Positions 57,798-64,000 of a stretch of DNA of 64,000 bases are shown here, in pieces. The DNA is from Clostridiales bacterium. GTDB taxonomy: Bacteria; Bacillota; Clostridia; Christensenellales; JAISNN01. Each line of letters opens with the position of its first letter. The first letter of the stretch is position 1. The translations under genes were made by a program, and so were the position numbers. The stretch covers positions 38,896 through 102,895 of the forward strand of contig JAISNN010000053.1 in the NCBI GenBank assembly GCA_031276195.1, in the 5' to 3' direction. Below the pieces are notes generated by a model. That model saw nothing but the letters and a program-made list of their open reading frames with translations, made no database searches and was not told where the DNA came from.

Positions 57798-58375
57798 AGC
57801 CTTTTCCCCCGAAATTTATTTTTTGATAGTTCTAAGTTTGTGTGATGATTTTGCTTGACCGGTATGACTTTTTATCACACAGATTTAGAACTCCCTATTT
57901 TTTATACCCGGTCAATTTAATACTTTTTTCAATCCGTATCGCCCGCCCGCCCGATAAAACAACCCGAACGGAAATCTAAATACGCTATATTATTGCAACT
58001 CTTAACTTTATTTTCCGCCCGTTTTTCACTCTTTGCAAACACTGCCGCCCATCCGCCAGATAAAACAACCCGAACGGAAATCTGATATGTTATTATTGTA
58101 ACTCTTTTCGCCAAAATTTGCAATTCTTTTGCTTGCAATTTGCAAAATTCTCAACTCTTTCACGGTAAACGCCCGCTTACGGCGGATTTTTTATATGCCG
58201 GCGTGTAATTTCACTTCTCAATTTTGCCTATTTTTATTTTTAAAACTATCGACTTTTTTCGCTTTTTTCCTAAAAATCATTGACTTATTCCCAAACCTTT
58301 TCATTAAAACTATTGACTTATTCCGTTTTTTTTCCTAAAAATATTGTTTTTTCAAAAAAATTTTTTCAAAAACTA

Positions 58376-58404
58376 TTGACTTTCTCCGGTTTACCGTGTA
58401 TACT
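58376..58404 (+). promoter_or_regulatory. Sigma-70 promoter P1 (truncated module)
   Basis: TTGACT, 17-nt spacer, TATACT. Confidence 0.5.
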
Positions 58405-58447
58405 ATTATCGAAAATCAGCGGATTTAAATCCTCCTCTTTATTTCCG

Positions 58448-58476
58448 TTGACTTTCAAAATTAGATATGCTATATA
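58448..58476 (+). promoter_or_regulatory. Sigma-70 promoter P2 (drives tracr-like unit A)
   Basis: TTGACT, 17-nt spacer, TGcTATATA(AT). Confidence 0.55.
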
Positions 58477-58482
58477 ATAGAC

Positions 58483-58550
58483 TCCTCTTAAATTACTCAA
58501 CGGACTAAAATAATATGGCTTATTCCGAATTTTTCAGATAATAATCTCCT
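58483..58550 (+). ncRNA. tracrRNA-like unit A (anti-repeat plus nexus)
   Basis: The transcript would read (AGA)CUCCUCUUAAAUUACUCAACGGACUAAAAUAAUAUGGCUUAUUCCGAAUUUUU. The CUAAAAU-AA-GGCUUAUUCCG layout mirrors the Sa/Sp sgRNA scaffolds as I remember them (ACUAAAACAAGGCAAAAUGCCG; UUAAAAUAAGGCUAGUCCG). Confidence 0.4.
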
Positions 58551-58558
58551 TATTTCCG

Positions 58559-58587
58559 TTGACTTTAAAAATTAACCGTGCTATAAT
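58559..58587 (+). promoter_or_regulatory. Sigma-70 promoter P3 (drives tracr-like unit B)
   Basis: TTGACT, 17-nt spacer, TGcTATAAT (extended -10). Confidence 0.6.
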
Positions 58588-58593
58588 AGACAT

Positions 58594-58684
58594 ATCTTAA
58601 ATAACTCAACGAGTTCAAATAATATGATTTATCCCGATTTTTAGGTAATGGCCAAACAAAAAGACACTAACGTGTCTTTTTTGC
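58594..58684 (+). ncRNA. tracrRNA-like unit B (diverged anti-repeat and nexus, terminator hairpin)
   Basis: Homologous to unit A over about 110 bp. It reads AUCUUAAAUAACUCAACGAGUUCAAAUAAUAUGAUUUAUCCCGAUUUUUAGG...AAGACAC-UAAC-GUGUCUU-U6. Confidence 0.4.
58659..58684. terminator. Bidirectional intrinsic terminator (ends the cas operon on the minus strand and tracr-like unit B on the plus strand)
   Basis: AAGACAC-taac-GTGTCTT flanked by A5 on the 5' side and T6 on the 3' side. Confidence 0.7.
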
Positions 58685-58754
58685 GTATATAGCATTAACA
58701 TAATATCGTTTTAAATAATTTTGCATATTTTACAAGAACATAATGTCGTTTTAT

Positions 58755-59450
58755 TTATTTTCTAAAAATTTCGCATAAATCGGAGTCTATAATCAGTTCT
58801 TGAATTTCTATATTTTCGATTGTTTTTATATTAACGCTCCCGTCCTCGATTAAGATTAAGGATACGTCTTGAATTTCGCAATGCTTTAAAAACAATTTCA
58901 ATTCCTCGTTTGACAAAAATTTTGTTAAAAAAAGGAATATAAATATTTTAGTTTTTAAAAGTTCCGCGCACGCGTTGACATACGCCGTCAATTTTTCTAA
59001 CAAGCGTTTATAGTTTTCTTTTAATTCAAGCGAGAACAATTTAAAAACGCCGCCCGCATCGCAATCTTCGTTTAAAACGACGTCGTACCCGACGTCCGTA
59101 CTGATTTTTTTGCAAAAACAATACAATTCCTCGACTTTACTTTTAAATTCGTACTCATATTCGGGTTCGGCGGTTATCGCGCCGTATTTTTTATATAGCG
59201 CGGTTATGAGTTTTTTTGAATTCAGCGTCAAGCCGGGCAAATTCGTTTCGATCCGGCAAAATTTTTGAATCGATTGTTTTTCGTATTTTTTATCGGTCAA
59301 TAGAAAGCCGCTCTCTCCTCCCTCGCAAGCCTCCGTCAACTCGCTCAGGTACGACCACAACTTGCCTTTATTTTCTATGCTTACGACGGTCGCTCTGCCC
59401 GAAAAAACTTCCGGCGTATTCTCCCAGTCGTTATGCTTAAATAAAAACAT
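58755..59450 (-). CDS. csn2: Type II-A CRISPR-associated protein Csn2
   Basis: 231 aa, last gene after cas2. The C-terminal half (KIFIFLFLTKFLSNEELKLFLKHCEIQDVSLILIE) parallels S. pyogenes Csn2 ([34 protein letters not shown], from memory). Confidence 0.7.
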   Translation of the reverse strand: MFLFKHNDWENTPEVFSGRATVVSIENKGKLWSYLSELTEACEGGESGFLLTDKKYEKQSIQKFCRIETNLPGLTLNSKKLITALYKKYGAITAEPEYEYEFKSKVEELYCFCKKISTDVGYDVVLNEDCDAGGVFKLFSLELKENYKRLLEKLTAYVNACAELLKTKIFIFLFLTKFLSNEELKLFLKHCEIQDVSLILIEDGSVNIKTIENIEIQELIIDSDLCEIFRK

Positions 59451-59527
59451 CCGCGTTTTATCCGCCTTTTACTTTCAAATTTTGTCTTCGGTTTTTTCCG
59501 TATTTTTAAACCGCATGTATGCGCCGC

Positions 59528-59848
59528 CTAATATTCTGTCCATCTTTTGTCCGAATCCAAAATTTTTGTCTGTCCCTTGCCCGCCATATATTCGATATCC
59601 GCGTATTGTTTTTCGGTGATCTCGATACATTGGACAAGCCCGTTTTGCGGAACGTTTTTGCGGAGCAGAGCCTTAACGCTTTCAGCTTGCGTTCCGTTCA
59701 AAGCAAGTTTTGAATAGACGGAATATTGCTGCATAATAAAGCCGTTTTTTATTAAAAATTTATGAAATCCGCGATAAGCCTTGCCGTCGTTCGACGTGAG
59801 CGTCGGCAAATCAAAAAACACTAAAATCCTCATATATCTGTATCTCAT
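59528..59848 (-). CDS. cas2: CRISPR-associated endoribonuclease Cas2
   Basis: MRILVFFDLP...KAYRGFHKFLIKNGFIMQQYSVYSK is the canonical type II Cas2 pattern. Confidence 0.9.
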   Translation of the reverse strand: MRYRYMRILVFFDLPTLTSNDGKAYRGFHKFLIKNGFIMQQYSVYSKLALNGTQAESVKALLRKNVPQNGLVQCIEITEKQYADIEYMAGKGQTKILDSDKRWTEY

Positions 59849-59972
59849 ATCTTTCCGATTTTATCCGCCGTTTTATTGTGCGTTCATAAGCATAGCGGAC
59901 AAACCAAAAAGCCGCAATTCCGCATATCTATACCGCGCGGCCGTCGACTTTTACTAACGCAATTCCGCATAC

Positions 59973-60839
59973 CTATATCGCGTAACCCTCGACCATTACT
60001 AACTCGTCCGTCTCGCCCTTCATAAACCTAAGCGCGGAACGGACAAAAATTTCGCATGCGGAATCCAAATAAAATTCCCGTTTTTTAATCGTTATTTTCA
60101 TAGAAAGAAGTTTACTCGCCTCCGATTTAAAATCGTCGTCCTTGCAATACGTGATGACGAAATCGTCCGTGAGGGGACGGAAAACCTCCATTAAGTCGCA
60201 CGCCAAATTATATTCGTTAAACTGATTTTCGTGCCGGATTCCGAGCGCGTTTATATAGCCCGAAGCGGTTACGCACCTTGCGATTTCGCTCATCAAAACC
60301 GCGTAGGCATAATTTAGGGCGGAATTTATCCGCCCTCCGTTTCTTCTCGAAAAATTAACTCCGAATAAGGAATTAAAATAGACTTTCGCCGCGTGTCCCT
60401 CACGGTTTGTCGCGTCGTTTTCCGTTATCTCCCCGATGTATTTTTTTAACATATCGGCGGATTCCGCTTCGTTGTATTTTTCCAAAACTCTCATTTGCCA
60501 AAAAATCTTTTGCGAAACGATTTTCCTCCATAAAGCGGATTTTTTGTCCGCGTCCCAACGCGACTGCGTTTTAATATTCCCGCTGCTTCCGTAATTCGCG
60601 CTGAAAGGCGTCAATCCCGCGTACGGCATATGCTTTTCGTTGCAAAACACGACGTTTACGTTGGCGTTTAAAAGTTCCAGCAACGCCTGACAGGTAACGG
60701 CGCAACCGGTGGATTCGACAATCAAGGCGTCGATTTCCGAAATATTACACCACTTTTCCTCGTCGCCGCGTATAATCAAATATCCGAGTCTGGTTTCAAG
60801 TTTAGCCCTGTTTTTGACGACTATCGTTCTAAATCCCAT
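59973..60839 (-). CDS. cas1: CRISPR-associated endonuclease Cas1 (type II)
   Basis: 288 aa. REGHAAKVYF, NSALNYAYAVL, GIRH...N.YNLACDLMEVFRP motifs. Confidence 0.9.
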   Translation of the reverse strand: MGFRTIVVKNRAKLETRLGYLIIRGDEEKWCNISEIDALIVESTGCAVTCQALLELLNANVNVVFCNEKHMPYAGLTPFSANYGSSGNIKTQSRWDADKKSALWRKIVSQKIFWQMRVLEKYNEAESADMLKKYIGEITENDATNREGHAAKVYFNSLFGVNFSRRNGGRINSALNYAYAVLMSEIARCVTASGYINALGIRHENQFNEYNLACDLMEVFRPLTDDFVITYCKDDDFKSEASKLLSMKITIKKREFYLDSACEIFVRSALRFMKGETDELVMVEGYAI

Positions 60840-60992
60840 AATAATTCTTTTGCCCGAAAAGCCTTTAAAGGCTTTAAGCTAATCCCGTAATGATTTCGCA
60901 ATATCGGAACGGCGTTTTCCGCGCCGCGGTATAAATTTTCGTCCGTATAAAAACCGGAATCCGTATTAACGAATAAAAAACGAACGAAAAAA

Positions 60993-63900
60993 TTACGTTT
61001 CTTTATAACCGCAACCCTTAAAAGGATAGATCTGCGTCCGCTTAGTTTTGACGCCCGTAACCGATTCTTTGATCATAACCAGCGGCGCGTCTATCTTTGC
61101 GCTTCCCGTAAACCTGCCGAACGAACCGCTCGCGCCGATATCCGACAGATTCCCGCGTCCCGCGCCGCTTTTCAACACTTTCATAAGTTCCGCCAATATT
61201 TTTATTTGGGAGATTATGTCCAAGTCCTTAAATTTGTCCGCGTGTTCGCCGGTCAGTTTTCCGTACAATACCTTATTTCCCTTATAAATATTTTTTTCCA
61301 ACTGCGCCTTGATTTCGTTGAACAAATCAAGGTTCAACCGCTTGCTTATCGTTTGTTTTTTTGTGTTGTTTACGCCGTCGCCCGAAACGGTTATTTCGGT
61401 CTTATCCTTTACTTCGTTCTCTTTGAATATTTTCGCCTCTACGTACTTCTTATATTTCGCGAGCAGTTTTATATATTCCGCGGCGAAACCGCTTGCGAAC
61501 CACTCGACGGCGTTATGCCATTCGACGAACCCCGCCAACCTGACGGGAGTCCCGGACATCTCGAACAATGTATATTTATAGACCTTGGACGCGATGATTT
61601 TAGGATTTACAAGCCCGCAATCCTCACTCAAAAACTTCAAAGCGTCTTTTTCGATTCGGCTTTTGTCCAAAATCGGAACGGAAATAAACGTCCGCTCTTG
61701 AAATTCGCATTTTTTCTTGCCCTCGTTTTTTGTAACGGTATGCTCCGCGATCATAAAATACGCGGGGTTTTCGCTCTTAAAATACCCGTACTTCCGCATA
61801 TCGCCGCGCGGATTTTTATCACAGCCCTTTATCGGGACGGCGGCGTCTTTAATTTTTTTGAGTCCTCCGCCTTCTTTAAATTTCTTTTGCTTTACTTCCA
61901 CGCCGTAAATGGTTTCGTCATAGAACGCGCCCTTGTTTTCGACGACCTTTTTCGTGACGGTATAATACGGCTTCGATACGACGCCCTTTACGGTCTTTAT
62001 CGTCGGAGAGTTATCGAGCCATTCAGCGAATCCGCGCCGATATTCGTCCATAGCCCGCCGATATTGATCTTTATCGGGAAAATTCTCCTCTTTCGGTCTT
62101 ATGGGTTTCGGCGCGGAGTTAGCGCGCCAAGCGTCCTTAACGTTGTATTCAAACAGATGGTTTTGGTTATATTGCGCGAATTTATCCTCTTCATTTTTCC
62201 ACAAATTTATGTTATGATTAAAGCGTTCGTTATAGACGTTGCCCACTACGATATTCAAATACGCGTCGTAGGCGTGGTGCAAATCGTTTACGTCGCGGCA
62301 TTTTATTATATTGAATTTTTGACGGAAATCGCCGACGTTTCCGCCTTTGCTGTAAACGATTTCGGGTTTTTTGTTCGGCTGTTCGCCTTTTTTCGTAGAA
62401 GGTGTCTGTTCGACGCCGAATTTTCTCTTAAAAAGGCTTGCGGCAAGAATCGCGGACTGTCCCGTAAAATTTAACTGACGCGCGAGAAAGTTTTTTATTT
62501 CGTCTTCCGTCAACTCCGTAGTGCGCGTAAGCCTGTCAAATTTTTCAACCGAAATCAATTTTGCCTTTTTCCACGCCGCCCACATCGGCGTTAATTTCGA
62601 TATATTTTTATAAATCTCCTCGGTTTTTATTAACGGATATTTGTCGCTTTTTTTGTTGTTTAAGTCTTTTCTTACCAGCGCTTTGTTGTCAAGACTGCCG
62701 TCTTTTCTAAGCGTACGCGGAATGATATGATCTATATCATAAATATTATCGTCGTCTAAATTTTCAATTTTGATCGGTTCGCCGCTGTAAGCGCACTTGC
62801 CGCATTGCGTAAAATACAAAAATAATTTTTCTTTGCGAAGCCGCGAATCGCTTTGCTTTTCCAATTCCTTTTCCAATTCCGCGATGCCGATATCTTGTTT
62901 TTTGATCTCTTTATAAAGTTCTTTGATTTGTTCTTTTCTTGTCTTTGTCCGTTTGCCCTTCTTTTTATCGCCGGATTTTCCCTTCTTTTTATCGCCCGTT
63001 TCTCTCGTAACCTCGATAAAAATTTTGTCGGGAATTCTGCCCTCGTTGAGATCGATCAACTCGCCGCAAACTCTACACGCTTCCCAAACCGCCCTCTTGA
63101 CGCTCGGCGCGCCGTAACTTTCCTCGATGTCCGCGTATGAAAATCCGCCGTTTGAGTTTCCGTTCATTTGAGCCAGCGCATTTTGGATATTGTATTTGGA
63201 GTCATATAAAATTTCCATAAGGTTTTCGTTGGTATTCCATAGCAGATTTATGATCGAAGTATATTCCCCCGTTACCCCGTCCGAGACGAACTCCTCCGTC
63301 AAAAACCTCTTGCTCAGCCTGCCGAACGCCGATCCGTTTAAGCCTTTCAAATCCTTTATAATACCGTCCGGGATCGCCGCGTATTCTTTTTTTATTTTCC
63401 GGACAAGCATATCCTTATCGGAAAGCAACGCCCGCCATAAAATTACGTTTTCGATTATTTCGACGGCATATTCCTCCGGGATTTTGCAAGTCTCTTTCAA
63501 TTTTTCTACAATCGGACGGGAACAAATATGCGGCGAAAGCGAAGAATTAAAGCCCTTGCCGTCCTTATCGAATCCGGACAAATCCTCCGCCGTCAAACTC
63601 TTGTCGACCTTTACGGTTAAATATTTCAAAAGCCTGTTCGCGGTGATATTTTTCTCCTTTAAAAACAAATCGTTATATATATTTTGCTTTAATTGAACGT
63701 CGATTTTGCTTCCGCGGATTTTAACGTTATTGAGTTCGTTCAAAACGGCATATTTGCTATAAAAAAGCGAATATTTTGGCAGCACGTCTTCGGCGCGGAT
63801 ATAAGTACACTTCGCCAGCATACGCCGGATAAAATTCTCCGCGCTTTTGTCCTCGTCGATAACGCTATCAAACGTCCAAGGCGTAATCTTTACGCCGTTG

Positions 63901-64000
63901 ATTTTTCTCTCCGCCCACACGTGGCGTTTTCCGTCCGGATTGTAGACGTTCAGCCTCCCCGCGTAAAACGGAACTCTAAACGTCAGCAAGGAAATTATCT
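60993..64000 (-). CDS. cas9: Cas9 (type II-A), partial: N-terminal ~440 aa lie beyond the window edge
   Basis: FRVPFYAGRL matches SpCas9 FRIPYYVGPL (about residue 445). RuvC-II IFIEVTRE, HNH YDIDHIIPRT..LDNKALV..LNNKKSDKYP, RuvC-III NDLHHAYDAYLNIVVG. The reading frame stays open to position 64000. Confidence 0.9.
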   Translation of the reverse strand, partial: IISLLTFRVPFYAGRLNVYNPDGKRHVWAERKINGVKITPWTFDSVIDEDKSAENFIRRMLAKCTYIRAEDVLPKYSLFYSKYAVLNELNNVKIRGSKIDVQLKQNIYNDLFLKEKNITANRLLKYLTVKVDKSLTAEDLSGFDKDGKGFNSSLSPHICSRPIVEKLKETCKIPEEYAVEIIENVILWRALLSDKDMLVRKIKKEYAAIPDGIIKDLKGLNGSAFGRLSKRFLTEEFVSDGVTGEYTSIINLLWNTNENLMEILYDSKYNIQNALAQMNGNSNGGFSYADIEESYGAPSVKRAVWEACRVCGELIDLNEGRIPDKIFIEVTRETGDKKKGKSGDKKKGKRTKTRKEQIKELYKEIKKQDIGIAELEKELEKQSDSRLRKEKLFLYFTQCGKCAYSGEPIKIENLDDDNIYDIDHIIPRTLRKDGSLDNKALVRKDLNNKKSDKYPLIKTEEIYKNISKLTPMWAAWKKAKLISVEKFDRLTRTTELTEDEIKNFLARQLNFTGQSAILAASLFKRKFGVEQTPSTKKGEQPNKKPEIVYSKGGNVGDFRQKFNIIKCRDVNDLHHAYDAYLNIVVGNVYNERFNHNINLWKNEEDKFAQYNQNHLFEYNVKDAWRANSAPKPIRPKEENFPDKDQYRRAMDEYRRGFAEWLDNSPTIKTVKGVVSKPYYTVTKKVVENKGAFYDETIYGVEVKQKKFKEGGGLKKIKDAAVPIKGCDKNPRGDMRKYGYFKSENPAYFMIAEHTVTKNEGKKKCEFQERTFISVPILDKSRIEKDALKFLSEDCGLVNPKIIASKVYKYTLFEMSGTPVRLAGFVEWHNAVEWFASGFAAEYIKLLAKYKKYVEAKIFKENEVKDKTEITVSGDGVNNTKKQTISKRLNLDLFNEIKAQLEKNIYKGNKVLYGKLTGEHADKFKDLDIISQIKILAELMKVLKSGAGRGNLSDIGASGSFGRFTGSAKIDAPLVMIKESVTGVKTKRTQIYPFKGCGYKET

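Noticed and set aside
57798-57960. Purine or ZTP riboswitch upstream of purL
   Set aside because: I could not find the conserved cores (UAUAAU...GAUAUGG...CCGUAAA for purine; GGGUCGUGAC...CCGCCUGGGCA for ZTP). Only a generic long hairpin is present.
57929-58138. 69-aa minus-strand ORF upstream of purL
   Set aside because: It spans the two 106-bp direct repeats, has no RBS and has a composition unlike the neighbouring proteins.
58241-58404. 32/64-bp AT-rich periodicity downstream of csn2 as a degenerate CRISPR array
   Set aside because: All parts of the unit are reiterated, so there are no unique spacers. The conserved core is only ~12-19 nt (AAAACTATTGACTTATTCC). It looks like a repeated -35 promoter segment.
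58483-58640. Minus-strand reading of units A/B (TATTTTAGTCCGTTGAGTAATTTAAGAGGAGTC / TATTTGAACTCGTTGAGTTATTTAAGATATGTC) as two CRISPR repeats
   Set aside because: The spacing is ~110 bp rather than ~66 bp. Homology extends across the whole unit, including the promoter and the nexus-like part. That fits a duplicated tracr gene better than repeat-spacer-repeat.
60840-60992. Nexus-like AAGCUAAUCCCGUAAUGA on the + strand of the cas9-cas1 spacer as a tracrRNA
   Set aside because: There is no recognisable promoter, the putative anti-repeat would overlap the cas1 start, and it pairs with nothing in the window. The units downstream of csn2 are far better candidates.
63987-63989. Met at 63989 as the Cas9 start
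   Set aside because: The alignment to SpCas9 begins around residue 445 and the frame is open to the window edge, so the gene is truncated by the window.

Overview
This window looks like a chromosomal segment from a Bacillota (Clostridia-like) bacterium. That call rests on the conserved syntenies asp23/yloU-yloV-recG, holB-yaaT(ricT) and ctsR...clpC. About 30 protein genes are supportable. They include housekeeping enzymes (recG, nadE, purL, pepF, a GH13 glucosidase, an alpha-galactosidase, a P-type Ca-ATPase, rubrerythrin, two tandem DAG-kinase-family paralogs, a ComEC-like channel) and three BspA-type LRR surface proteins. There is also a block of uncharacterised membrane/zinc-ribbon/SPFH genes. 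At the right edge sits a type II-A CRISPR-Cas operon (cas9, whose 5' end is cut by the window edge, then cas1, cas2, csn2). I saw no rRNA or tRNA genes and no canonical CRISPR array. Three things stand out. (1) The 0.75 kb downstream of csn2 holds tandemly reiterated, promoter-driven tracrRNA-like modules on the opposite strand where an array would normally be. (2) A ~650-nt GC-rich, ORF-free, hairpin-rich segment (18.84-19.50 kb) has its own near-consensus promoter and looks like a large structured ncRNA that I cannot assign to a known class by eye. (3) The region is saturated with repeats. Almost every intergenic spacer carries its own tandem repeat. A hairpin plus G-tract unit (CCCCTCCGTGGGAGGGG...GGGGTGGGG) occurs 22 times at five loci. 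Gene 3' ends and one 5' end are tandemly duplicated into the adjacent spacer. Several essential enzymes (PurL, NadE, RecG, ComEC, GH13) carry in-frame low-complexity tandem-repeat insertions that share motifs with the intergenic elements. All functional calls come from motif recognition by eye. RNA ends and repeat borders are approximate.
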